Of a DNA stretch of 64,000 nucleotides, positions 1 to 14,000 are shown in pieces. A program made the translations under genes and the position numbers. The notes beneath the pieces were generated by a model. That model was given only the letters and a program-made list of their open reading frames with translations, had not been told where the DNA came from and made no database searches. The DNA is from Phoronis australis (taxonomy: Eukaryota > Animalia > Phoronida): contig NMRA01000403.1 in NCBI GenBank assembly GCA_002633005.1, positions 334,309 to 398,308 of the forward strand, in the 5' to 3' direction. Position 1 is the stretch's first letter. Each line of letters starts with the position of its first letter.

Positions 1-1986
1 CTACGGTTTTTTTTGTCGCGAAAGCTTGTGGTAAAAATATCAACACATCAAGCGTAGCGGGACGGCCTTCATGATGGTATATGCGCAAACTTCTAATTTT
101 ACATCCCATCGCCGTAGAATCTCTGATCTGCGACTTTCAACAAAGCGTAAGAACCACAACATACCGTTGGAACGAAAACTTGCACGAAAAATCACTTGCA
201 CGATGAAAAGCCTGACAAGAGGTCACGGAATTACTAGTACGAACCAAAATGGAAAGGTGTTAAAAGGGTGTGTGGGGGGGCAGTAATTGGTCCCAAATTT
301 GCGCAAAAATAATGAATTTTTAAACTAAAAAATGAGCAAACAGTGGAAAAACATAAGCTGCACCATCAGATAAATACAAAGTTAAAGAAATACATGTAAA
401 CCATGCACGGGATTGTGCTTTCAGTCAAAATTCGCCCATGGCCAGAATCTTGTCGTCCAGTACCTCATTTGCGTCAGAATATCACATTTCTCATTAAACT
501 CCAAGGTGTTACCCCCCTCCTTTCTCGAGACCTACATGTACATTTTTTCGCCCTGGCCCATGACTTCACATACATGTACATGTACAGCTCAGTCAGTAAA
601 CGCCACATTCTCCGCGGCCAAAACCTGAGCTCATAAAATACCTTTGCCGCATTAAAATCTTACAGTGATTTATTTTAAGAAAGTGTATGATAGCAACATA
701 GACTGATTGTTTCATAGAAAATCAATACCATTAAGCGACTCGCTGTGTTTCCGCCTCTAAGAATTTGTTAAGATTAAAAATCTTTTAACGATTAATTATC
801 AAAGCTCAAGAGTTATTTTTCAAGATAGCGATAAGTGTCCGCCACTGGGGTCTGCAAAGGTCATACCCCCAATTCCCCGTCGTCCAAAAAACTAGCCCCT
901 GCCTCGTCTTGAAGACATATTTATACTTAATTGATAAGTGATAATCATTTATTTTGTTTTCAGTAAAATTTAATTAAAATGGATTGCATTGTGTTTTACC
1001 GCAATATATTTCGGTCTTATAAATTAGCGCATGAGGTCATTCGTTTGGTTGCAGTCACGTGAATAATTAAAATACATACTAATTCAATTTGCAATTTGTC
1101 AGAAATTGAAACCAGGCATGCGAGCCCCGTATTTATATGAATAGAATCTTTTAAACCCCTTTTTCCTAGAACAAAAGACACCGCAATAAACGCGATAAGA
1201 TAAAATGTACCGTTCACAGAATACTTAGCTGCGTGGCTTCGCCTATTGCCCGATCATTTTGTTAAGAGTTGATAAAAACTGAAATCTATGTCTACTACAC
1301 AACCAAAGCACATCGACGATTCCAAACCATACCCCGACTAGTTTCTACTCCTGTAAAACAAGGCAGTTTACTTTGCAACACCGTGCGTCGGGTTCCCCTT
1401 TGTACAGCCTCACGCAATCAAATTGAATTCGGAAACAAGAAAATAAAGAGAAAAAAATGAGCGTGCAAACACGGTGGCTCGTGTCACGCACTTATGATGC
1501 TAATATCATTTATTACTCGCTTACATACAAAACGGAAAGCATTACAATGCGATCAGAGAGAGAATGGTTATTAAACAAGCACGGTTCAACCGGCCGCACC
1601 AATTAAGACAAGTAGCCTGGGCTCTAGCGCCGGTAATTAACAGGCTATGTTTTCCTAATGCATTTAATGTATCGCTTAATTAGATGACGGATTGAGAGGG
1701 GGTAACAGTATGATATTCTGCAAATTATACTTACATACCGCCGTTGGATTTCAGTTAAGTGTACCGTTAATTTACAGCGAAACCGCGCGAGCTCTCGGCG
1801 GAAGGTTAAAATTAGTCCAGTTTGTGCAAAGGCGATTTGCTACATTTTAACCGCCAACAATTTACTTGGAAACTGCAGTTTTCGATATAAGGTCACAAAG
1901 GTTAGTTGGTTCAGGTCTTCCTTAACTCTAAGACCTACGATCACCAACTAAATAAAAAAATTGCGGTTGCTAACTCGGCCAAGGTT

Positions 1987-2063
1987 TATTTATTATTTAT
2001 TATTGTGATATTTGAAATGAGGGTGGCCTCTTCAGTGATAGCACTGCTTTCCAAGAGGGCCCT
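1987..2063 (-). mobile_element. 5'-truncated non-LTR retroelement 3' end (L2/CR1-clade-like or partner SINE) with TSD
   Basis: Minus strand reads agggccctcttggaaagcagtgctatcactgaagaggccaccctc (hairpin) followed by an (AATA/AAT)n tail. Direct repeat caaggtt at 1980-1986 and 2064-2070. Confidence 0.55.
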
Positions 2064-4576
2064 CAAGGTTGTTTTTTTAAACGCTGCCCTGAGAAGCATA
2101 AGCAAGCCATGGAATTTCATAATTTGCCAAATGGATAACAAATAAGAAAAAAATCAAACCCCGCATCCTTTTTTTCTCTCGTCTCTGATAGGTTTCATTT
2201 TTTGAAAAATTGAGCAACAAAGACAAAGTATCGCAACACCGACTAGAATTTCAAAACAACCACGGACCAGAACCAAGTATGATTTTTGCCAGAGAGGCGA
2301 AAGTAAAATCAACCCACACCGGAAGGAGACTTTCTGTCAAACAGAAAATTTAGGGTGGGTGAAGGCGTCCAGCAATTCGGATTGACATTTTGACCATTCA
2401 GGTATCATCTGTGGTAATCTTTGTGGTATCGTCGCGAGCGGGTAAATGAAAGTAGGATTCTCGGCACTGTTTTACATCATTTGGTATTGCTTCCTTTGCC
2501 CATTTTGCCCGGTTACTTCGTAGATGTGCAAAGACTTTGAGGTGAGAACAACCTCTTCTCACGTCAGTGTGACGGACACGATCAGTTCAAAGACCCATAA
2601 TTTAATTCGATTTCTAGGAAAGATGCCACAATCCGTCTAGTAAAGTCTTACAGTAGTAATGTATCACCTTCAGTGTAAGTCCGAGTACGTCATTTTTTAA
2701 CCGGAGCTCGCAAATTTCATTTTTGTCAATCTCCAGTAATGAGCTATGAGAATACTCTACGATTAAATTTTCTAAAAAATACCTGCACCGATGGCACGAA
2801 AACAACACCATTTTTAGTTCAGCTAAATTCACCAGCTTTATCAGCCCTTGAAAGGTCGAGAAATACATTATTTGACAATTATTTTCGTGCGCAATTTCTT
2901 AACAATTACTGTAAATAAGAACAATACAGTCCATCGATCAGCGCAATGTTTATGTTTTAGTCACCTGAATTCCATTTATCCACGCCACGCTGATGTCGTT
3001 TGATCGCTCATGCGTCCGCAAATGATAAAAAGATGAATAATCGTGTTTTAAACAAAACATAACAATCTTTGACACGACTCTTTGACAACAATTCTCTTTC
3101 GTATGTTAGGAGATCTGTAACACCTCCTAGCATGTGGTATTTTTCTCGCGCTCGCGTGCAATGTTATTTTGTGAAGCGATACAAGATTTTCTATGGTAAG
3201 CTTCTATTGTGTTTGCTAATTGATCAAGAATGCTGCATTCTCACGCTGTGATTTAGTGCGGAAAAGAATGCAATAATTAAAATTGAATTATTGGTGCATT
3301 GAATTAATTTTGAGAACAACAAAATAATTCGGTTGCCAGTGGTAACTGTCAACGCAAAACGACACAGAAAGGGAATTGGCATTGAAAATAATTCTAATGA
3401 CTAAATGATACGTTTACAAAAGTTACGATTTTTTCCAACATATTTACACTATCAGCGACATGTACAGTATCGATGTAATTAATGTGAAATGATGAACCTA
3501 CTGTACATGTAGAAGAGACGTTCTTGGCGGAACTTTCTTTACGGAACTTGGCGGTAGTGCGGAATCGAACAACCGTCCGCAAAAACGACCCCAACGCTCT
3601 GCTGCTTAACCAAAATCCACGAGTTAATTAGCATTTAGATGGTCAAGACATCAGAGTTGATTTCAGCGAACACCTGACCGACAACGGCGATAATTGACGA
3701 CTTTTAATATAATTACAAAAACGCAACGATTTTGTTTTATAGTTTTGGTCAAAGAAAGCTAATAGCTCCAACAAGCCTACATTTATATCTAACCGAACGT
3801 TAATTTCAAAAATGCGTTTTACCGCCGCAAAACCGATAATGTCCTTTGAAATGCTAAAATAAAAATTGAGATCAAACTGGCGACGTACATAAGTTCCTGA
3901 ATGCTTTCGGTTGCTGCAATTGTTGAAAAGCAGCAAACCAGGGAACACGTTGTGCCGATTTCTTTTTTTCGTAATTGTTTCTACAGTTTGAAAACTTTAT
4001 TTTTTACGTTTTTAAAAAGTTCATATTTTCATTGACGCGTGAATCGTTTTCCCGATCACATGAATACCGAGTCGGTAGCGTTCATGTACGGCGGCCTACA
4101 GTGCGTTTTCACAAGTTGTGTTATTGATTGTTGTGAGTAGGCACGTGTGGAATAGTATGAAGTTCTTTCCAATTCTAAACAACGCAATCACGTGTTCGGG
4201 AGTAAAAACGTGAGCTGTCAAAATCAGAATCAGAGATAGTACAGGTCATCATCTTGTCATAATCCTTACAGTGACAGGATTCTGTTCTGTTACCAATAAG
4301 AAAATCGAAACCATCAGTGACAGTTCAAAGTTTATTGCTGTTGGTCAGCCACAAAAATGCGAGTTCGAAAATGACAGGTGTATGCTCACTGGACAATAAT
4401 TAGTGGAGTGTAAGGTGTGACTATATTTTAAACTGCAAATGGCTTCCCTTAGGAATTCAATGTTGACAAGTAAACAGCATTGAGATCATGAGTCAAATGA
4501 CGATTAACACTGGTAAAGCAGTGAATGTTCAATAACACCACACAACCACGAAACCACATAGTCAATTTGTAACTCC

Positions 4577-4582
4577 TTTATT
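4577..4582 (-). terminator. Candidate polyadenylation signal (AATAAA) for DDX31
   Basis: tttatt on the plus strand about 440 nt downstream of the DDX31 stop; an alternative site lies at 4331-4336. Confidence 0.35.
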
Positions 4583-5024
4583 CAGATTTTATGGTTTCCA
4601 AAGGTTTTCATGTCCCGAAAAGAAAAGACAGTACAGCCTGGACACTTTCAAGCCTTCTATTTTGATATGATCTGATAAGAAACAGTATTTTCCCTCACAA
4701 AACGACCATGTGAACAGAGTCGCTCCTTTGTAGAGGAACCCACTAGGGACACCAGAGTGTGAGTAAAATCAGTCGGGCTGACCACCTGACAGCAGAAAGT
4801 CAAAAGATTACTCCAAATCGATTATCTTGTTTAAAGGGGATATTTATAGCATGTACAGACATGGTCATAAACTGGACATTTTTGTGTGTTTTTATCCAAT
4901 CTTAATTGTATTAACCAATGAGGGCAACTTTAAGTCGCATTGAGAAGACTGGTAAATGCTGAACATGAGCCCGTCCCTTCAGACATAACTGATGCTGAAA
5001 CCTATTTTTGGTCTACCGCACACA

Positions 5025-8000
5025 TCAACTGCCCTTTTTCTTCTTTTTCATGTTAAAAAGTTTTCGATCTTTCTTGAACATAGCTTTAGTAGCGCCCTCT
5101 ATTCCGCTGCCAAACTCGGAGACATTCACTCTCTTCTTCTTGGCTACCTTTTCTTTTTTCCTGTTAAAATAAAATGTTTTAATACATTGGACTTGTTTGC
5201 GACAATCACAATCCAAATAAAATTTTGCTTAAGTAATTGAAATTCCCTTAATTTCACAAATTTGTTATTTTCCAAAACACTGGGGGTTATAGGGCATAAT
5301 TATGAAGTAAAATAATACTACATGAGTGGTTAGCAACTTTAGAACAATTATCACCAAAGTTATAAAAAATGTCGTCCACTACCTATATGTAATCAGTGGC
5401 GAATTTAGAGGGGGGACAAGGGGGCCATGACCCCCTAAAATTCTCCCAGATTCCATTTGGCAGTACGGGGGTGCGAATGGCTGACGGGCAAAATCCTGGC
5501 TAATACTCTGCCCTGGCCCCCCCCTGACTCAAAATCCTGGATCCGCCAATGGTAATAATTAAGAAAGTTGTCCTATAAGCACAAACATTGCAAAATCAAT
5601 TTTTCAAAGTTCCTGAACCCTCGACTGAAGAAGAAATTTATTTATTCCAGACCCTGTAATGTCTAACTATCTTAATTTCTATACGTTTGTGCCAAACTAA
5701 TGATTTTGAAACAACATTCAACTGGACAGTAAAAAACAAATGTAAAGTAATTTTCACTTATTTTGTACAAAAATAATTGCCAAAGTTGTCATTTTTCAAT
5801 TTTTCAGATTTTGAGCACTCACCACAAATATGGAAAATTTACCAAAAGTTGTTTTATGACATCTAAACAATACAATCATGCTTGTTACAGACTAAGAATT
5901 TCTTGATCTTTATTTTTGTGGACAAAAACCACAAAAAAGAATTTTATTTGTTGCCAAAAGTAATTTCAAGTTTGATCTCGAGTAAAAAGATTAAGTCTCC
6001 AGAAAGCCCAATGGAACATCATTTCTCACAGGAATTTTCTCCATTTATTTTACTAGTCGCTTATAAATCCTTATCCATAGACAAAATGTAGAACAAAAGC
6101 TCAGCACATTCCTGGCAATTAATACCCCAGAGGCGGATCAACGGGGGGTTCAGGGGGTTTAAACCCCCCCACCGGGACAGGATCAGAAATAAAAATTAAA
6201 AAAGAAACGGCACCAGGAAAACAAAATCAGCTACAAAAACAAAACAAAACAAAACAAAAAATTCTTACACGGGAAGGCAGAAACCATCTCCCCACCTCCC
6301 CCCACTTGGTGATACGCGCCTCAGATTCGTGCGAATCCTAAACCCCCTTACTGAAAATGCTGGTGTACCTCCAGCTGAGAGTTATCGAGCATGAGAAAGA
6401 ACAGTAAAACACATTCCAAACACCAATTTGTTGATAATGCTAACAATAAGTGAAATGCGAAAACACTGCCTTTTCAAATAAATTAAAGTCCACGAACTTC
6501 AATGAGTGCATTTTCCTCGAATCTAACACGAGAAATCAGACATCACAGGTAAAACACTAGTAAAGAAAACACAGCACAGAGTGAGCATGAGTTAAAACAA
6601 CAAGGTATGCCGCGGCGTTACTTTAAGTGATGTCGTGGCATACAACAATAACTCGACTGTACTCAGTTAACACAGGTCACTAAGTGCCGGTTGTTTGACC
6701 AACATCAACAAAGCTTAATTGAAAACGAAAGTTGAAAATAAATTTCGCACGTCACAAACTCTAAGTGCAGCACATTTTACTGACACCAGGAAAATTTAAC
6801 TGTGAAATAACTTTGGAAATATATTTTCAAAGAATTGACAATGAATGTTTTGCTCTTAAGCTGTTTATACGGATTATGAACATAATTCATAAAGTAAGCG
6901 AAACCATGAATGATGTGGACACTGTCCAAATTGTGCAAACTACTGCCACCTATTGACATACTTGGAAATTACANNNNNNNNNNNNNNNNNNNNNNNNNNN
7001 NNNNNNNNNNNNNNNNNNNNNNNNNNNNNNNNNNNNNNNNNNNNNNNNNNNNNNNNNNNNNNNNNNNNNNNNNNNNNNNNNNNNNNNNNNNNNNNNNNNN
7101 NNNNNNNNNNNNNNNNNNNNNNNNNNNNNNNNNNNNNNNNNNNNNNNNNNNNNNNNNNNNNNNNNNNNNNNNNNNNNNNNNNNNNNNNNNNNNNNNNNNN
7201 NNNNNNNNNNNNNNNNNNNNNNNNNNNNNNNNNNNNNNNNNNNNNNNNNNNNNNNNNNNNNNNNNNNNNNNNNGGGGGAGGGGGGGTGTTGTCCTAGTTC
7301 TGGTTATTTTCGTAAACAAAACATTTCAACAAAGAATTCACCAGTCACTAGTGAAGGGCATATTATCAATTTATTGATTAATGCATACATCTAATTAATT
7401 GTGGGATATTAATCTACACTTTGAATGTTTTCTGTTTTTTATTGTTTTAAACAGTTTTGGACTTAATGAAATAAGTATTAATTATTTAATATACTAAATT
7501 TTGAAAAATAGGATAATTATCTATCTAGTAACTATATAGTTTTGTATTTTGAAGATAACAATAAAAACAATATTTATTTATCATACTGCTATTATTAATT
7601 TTGTATTTTTAAGAACTTTCTTTAGCAACACAGTCAACACGAATGAACCAACCTCATTTTTTCCTTGTTCATCTCAAGTTTTCTCTGCGCCAAATCGCGA
7701 TAATGCCCGACCTTTGATGGTGCCTCCCGCAAACCAAAACTTTTAGCCATGTGACCCAAGTGAAGATGTTTAACGTGGAACACTTGTTTCACCTCTGATG
7801 GATAGGTGGCGTAAGCGCGCAGGAACGACTGGTACGCTAGATGGAGGAAGAGAACAATGACCATATCGTGGGTGTATTTGCGCAGAATATTTAGTTAAGG
7901 CAATGTGAAAACTTGCAAATCGTACATTGCTGACAATCAAAGGCTTGGAACGGTAGACTGTTGTGCCACCATCAGTTTAGTAGCTGTTACATTTCCACAA

Positions 8001-11000
8001 CAATTAGGGAATGAAAGCTTCTGTGCAAGTTGTCTTTAAAAAAAATCCGAGCTCATGCGAATACACAGAAGTTAGATTTAATGAACAAATTATACTTCAC
8101 AAGAATGAGAGTCATTGTATCGATAACTTGAAAATACTGATATATAACAGACTCAACAGACAACGTGCAAAAACGAATTTCTTTCTGGCTAATATTCCAA
8201 AGAAATCATGCAATTGGCCAGTTCACAGTAAACGCAAAAAACTAATGCGTGTGGTTTACAGAGCAGAGATTTCTGGGATATCGTTTCCTTCTCAACACGG
8301 TGAACAGCCTATACACTGCATTTTTGATACATCTATTAACTATTATAGGACCATCATAATACGACAAAACACAATGTGGGATGTGTTCCAAAATATGCAA
8401 AAACCAAGATTATGCAAGACTTTGTGAGAAATCATCATTATGTTACAAGTAAATCAGGTAATCACACTTGTCTAGTTTTACTTGCCAATGTCTTGCAGCT
8501 ATAAAAGCATCTCCGGTGTTCCGACAAAAATCCGAGTGAAAAATTGGAATACAAAGTGGTATACGGAAAATTAAGGATTAGTCAACCCACTACACTGAAA
8601 ATGAACAGTTCATTGTTCAAGTGTCATCGTGCTCTACCTGCAAAAAGGTCAATGTAACAAAAATCTAACTCACCTTTCCGGGCTGACAGCAGCACCTCCT
8701 GGTGGCTGTAGATAAAGTTTTCTAACTTCATCTGCACTGCAGTGGCACATTCCTCCACAGTATGAGGGTTCTGTTTCTGTGAATACAGGGTGAGACACTT
8801 GTAAGTAACTACAGGGTGACACAAGTGTGTGAATGTTGACAAAGGCATTACCCTACTCATCCAGGGTGCTTAAGCTGGAAAAATTCAAAATCATGAAACA
8901 AGCGTTTTTTCAATTTTTTTTAGACATCTACCTGAACAGTGGATTCACAGGTAAACGCGTCAGACTCACAAGCAAGAGTCAAATGAAACAAGTAGTAAGC
9001 TACAGGACCCAACTGTATGAGGCAAATAACTGTTGAAATTCTCAACTTTCCTTGGTCAAAGTCAAATGAGTTTTCACAGGTACAATTCAAGGGAGACTGG
9101 TAACAGGCAGAATACTTCGAAAGACCTTCAGTATCACAACTTCCAAAAAACTTGACATTGTCAAAAATTCAACAAAACATTAGAGCAAAGATTTCCATCT
9201 AAGATGGAAAAGATTTTCTTTTGATTAGCTCCACAACTTTTACCAAATGTGACCAATTTCATCAAAAAGGGCAAATTACCGAATTGCCTCGTTCTTTGAA
9301 AAGTGCAGAAGGCTCTCGGTCCCCTTCAAGAGGAAGACGACATCAATCGGACCAACTTCATAAATTAGTATACTTCAGCTTGCATACACCAATACTTAAA
9401 ACACAGTTTACGCAAAATTCCAGACACTGATGAAATTTAAATGTAACTGTACTATCCACAACACGCAACAGGGTGTAAGGAAAATTATTGTGAACCTCTT
9501 TATACATACGCCGTCAGACATAGTGAGAGATCCCGCCTCTAGCAGGAGAGTCTTGAGGATATCCTGCATGTCTAGTTCTTGTAAACTGCAACGGAAATCA
9601 CCTTTAGCATTTTGGGGAGTAAAACGAACAGAGCGGCCATTTTGCGCAGTAGAGATAACAAAGTTGGTGGCTTAATTTTTTACAATATAGGAACCTAAAT
9701 CATTATTTTTTCTCAATAAGAAAATAACTTTTTTGGAATTACTGTTAGTCATCTCTCAAATAAGTTGTTAAAACAGGAACATTTGTAATTAAGAAATGTC
9801 GAAGGTCACACATGAAGAGAGACTTAAGTCACAAATCTTCACCGGTGTACCCAGTTCACAATAACACATGAAAGTTGAAAAAGAATTTAATAATATAAAA
9901 AAATGATCTGAGCAACTGTCAATTATGTGTATATTTTCAGAAACCTGAATTTCTACTGAAACAAGATAAAAAAATATTAAACATTTTAGGAATAATTTTG
10001 CAGAAAGTAAGATGAAATTTGTGACTAATGCCTTGACGATTGCACTATTTTAGCAGAAGTGTATTCCTGAACAGGAAGTGCTACAGAACTACTAATTTAA
10101 ACCAAAAAGACATGAATAGAATGTCCGGTGTTTTCCAAAAATACGGGTGTCATCTCATAGCTGCACTTTTCTACAAAACATTCCGAAACTGTATAACATT
10201 CGTGAAAAGGTCTTGACAGATTAATTCTTAATAACAAAATCTGAGTACCTGATTTTGTTGTCAGACAATGTCCTTATGTAGTCAACTTCCGACGGCAGAA
10301 GAAAGAGCAGGGAGTTACCATGACTACCAATTCTGGCTGTTCGGCCAACTCTGTGAATGTAGTCCGCTGTAGAGCCAGGCGCAGTGTACTGGATAATCCA
10401 CTGTACTTTTGGAAGGTCAAGGCCACGTGCAGCTACATCCTGAAAACAGACGTTAAGTCAAACCAGTACCAAGGGAGATAACTTGCAAGTTGGAGAAAAA
10501 CAGTTCAAAAGATGGGACAGAAAGTTCACTGGGGCCCACACAAGAAGTATAATTATTGGCATCAACTTCAGATTTTAAGACATAGTCACGTTAAATCAAA
10601 CATGCTAATTGTGTTGCGAAAGTCTGCAGTTTGATAAAAGCAGCAGTAAGCCAACGGGGTTGCGAGTGGACGCAACATGACATGGTAGTACTCACTGTGC
10701 AGAATAACACACTTTTGGAAGACTGTGCAAACTGCTGAAATGTTTTGGTCCTTTCCTGTAAAATAAACAAATACTTTTAATAATATATCAAACTTGGATA
10801 TAACAGACATGAACATCTCATGATCCAACTCATTGCAAGCAGACAGATTTAAGTTTGCAAGATGTCAAAATCAATGCTTAACTTTACCATGACTTGCCAA
10901 GGACCTTGATGAGTCATATTACAGCAAGATCTCACCCACAAAGGACACAAAGTGGGAAAAAAGGAAAATTTAGTTTATTTCTGATTATCACAGAAGATAC

Positions 11001-14000
11001 AAATAACTAAACAGTTTATATTTTTTTGTCTCGTATCAGAAATGTTTTGAGAAATTGTGGGTATGAACACCTCTGAAAATGAAAAAGATCAAATTGTCAA
11101 TTATTTTCCTCCAAAATTGATGAAATTTTACGAAAACAACACTTTGTGACCTTGAGTAATGTCAAGCAGGTTCATAAAATTAATAAATATTATTAAATCT
11201 AAAACCTTAATGCTCTTGCCTGAACACTCTTATTTGCAGCAAAAAAACAACCATGGAGACGAGATCCTTGCATTGGATGATTTTTTTCCAAACTACCTAC
11301 CTTTTGCTCCATGTCGCCATGGAGACGGTAGAATTCAATGGCTTCCTCCTTTTCTTCGTCGTCCTCTACAGCATTGAGAGTGTGATCAAACAACGTATAG
11401 TGTAAGTCAACGCTGTCTTGCGTGGATAGGAAAATGATGAGTTTCCCCTGTTTACTGTCAAACTGTAAACAATAATGTTTAATTAACATGGTGCAAACGT
11501 GCAACCTGCAAATCAATGATTGCATAGTATTTATGTCCTCCATTACAAGAACAATATTGAGTATTCGAGCATTCGTTCACTTTGTTCGTCTAACCGACAC
11601 TACAATTTTGTGTCTCTTAATGGTGAAGATATGAAAGAGCCTTCTTCTCGGTGGAGTTTAGGGGAAAAAATATTGAGTAATCGAGCATTCGTTGTTGGTT
11701 GAGTTGACACAATTCTTGTTTCCTTCTGAGAAAGATGTGATAGAATCCCCCACCTTTAGTGGAAATAAATTTGCAGTATTTTGTACGTAACAGACGGTAA
11801 AAATGGTGTAGAAAAATGAAGCTCAAGCAAAGTTTATTAGTTGTACTCAATAGATGGAGCTTTAGAGAAATAAACAAACATGATCACGTCTGCAAAACAA
11901 AGTTTATCTATGGAGCTAGAGAGAAACAATCTATCGCAAACAACTCTGCTAAATAACAAAGCTGAGATACATTTTGTTAATAATTTAACCAATAGATGGG
12001 GCTATGCGTTGATATTTGCATCTTCCACACAGTGTGTCAGCAACATAGCTCATTGCAGTGCCAATTCTCAAAATCCGACCAAAAAAGCTTGTGATCTTGC
12101 TCGTGACTTGAACTGAAAAGATGACACTATGTGCTGATGTGCAAGCTTGGTTCTGTATAAAAATTACGACACAAATAAATAGACTTATATGCAGAATATG
12201 AGGTAGCAAAATGAGTAAGTCATTTACAGGGTTCCAGCATTTTAGGAACCACTTTTCCCACTAGATAATGGTCGTCGAATTAATTATCAAAATGTGCGAC
12301 TTTAGTATAAAGTGGCTATTGACAGTGCTTAGAACAAAGAAGCCGCAATATGGTGTGCTGTCACTCATGATAGTTGAACTCAATAGATGGCGCCATGTGG
12401 TGATGTTTGTAACTATCTGGACTCCATATAAACATGGAAGATGACAATTCCTTTTAGTACATACCAACCTACAGAATGAAACCTCAACAGTGCGCAAAGC
12501 AAAGCTGGCATTATATCTGGGTTGTCAGCTGGACTCAGTAGATGGTGCTGTGTTGTGACACTTTACAAACATCTTTGCGAGCGAGTGATCACTACTGCTT
12601 TCCACAGGGCCCTTGTGGAAAGCAATGGTACACACACTCAAGTTAGATGGCACACAGAGAATGTCACAATTATCATAATTATTATGATTATTATGATTAT
12701 TATAACTTAATTACAATTAAGTGCATAACAATGCAACATTTAAAGTGGACTACTGCGGAATTAAAACGCACTCACCTTACATTTCCACAGTATAAATGCT
12801 GCCAGGGTGACAAGTCTGAGTTTACTAGGGACAATTACAAAGTGCTGTCTCAGCTTCTCTGGTACAGCGAAGGAGTCCGTCTGCACCGAGATGTCGCCAT
12901 TGTTCTCTCGCTGCGTAATGTCTACCTTAATAGCGTCTCGCAGCGTCATCCCAGCCAGTCGCTCAACACCTGTGGAATCAAGTGTCAGAAATCAATAACG
13001 TGTGGGATGAAAACATGGTCCTAATTAGACAGTATGGTAAAACGTTGCCAATTTCAGACAAAAATAATGTCAAAATTGCATTTTTTTGATTGTTCAAACA
13101 CATCCAATAATGTTTCGAATACCCACAATTTTGTGTCAATCCAGTGACTATTTTGGGATTATGTGCCATTTATGAAAAAAAAAACAACTGAAGGAAAAAT
13201 AAAATTTCACCAGTTCTCCATATGATGTTCTAAACTGGTGAGACTTCGCCACAGAATGTTTACATGTAACATGTCAATGAATGCAGTTTCTTCAGTTTAC
13301 AAAATCCAACAAATTTTGGCAGAACTCTGCCAAACCTTGATGTACTCCACGCCAGAATTTCTTAGCAATAAAAATAAACTTTGGTTACAAATATTAAAAA
13401 TTCAGCATAATTTAAATTTGGATTACTTTAACACTGTTGTGTCTAGCAACTAATTCCTTTAGCGACAGACAGACAGAAAGACAGACAGACAGAAAGACAG
13501 ACAGACAGATGGACAACCAAACTCCTAGTAAAAAGCCAGACGTAAAGGAGTTGAGACATTTTGACAGACTACAGCCGGAATTAAAATGTAAAATTCTTGA
13601 GTGCTTTATTGAAAACTAAAACACTAGTACACAAACCACACCATTACTAGGCATGTTGCCGTAAAATACGATCCGACTTCAACTGCAGTAGTGTGATCGT
13701 GAAAGAGTCTTAACTCAGGAAATCAGTTTCCTTTGACCCCTTGTGACTCACCTTGGTTGAGTGTGGCTGACAACAAAACCGTTTGTCGAGTCGTCTGTTG
13801 TTTTTCATCTAAATAACTCACAATTTTCTTCACATCCTGTTCATAGCCCATGTCTAACAATCTGCAAACATTGCACACCAAAATTAGGGTGAGAAGACTA
13901 GGCACCGATTACCCTGACATGCAGTCAATATTCAAAAATTTTTATGCATCCTAATATTAGCAGGTAACTCACACTGTTTTTTTCTAGTTTCACGCCAAAA

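Noticed and set aside
6910-7377. ORFs of 114-155 aa in the ORF track
   Set aside because: Artefacts of translation through an N gap.
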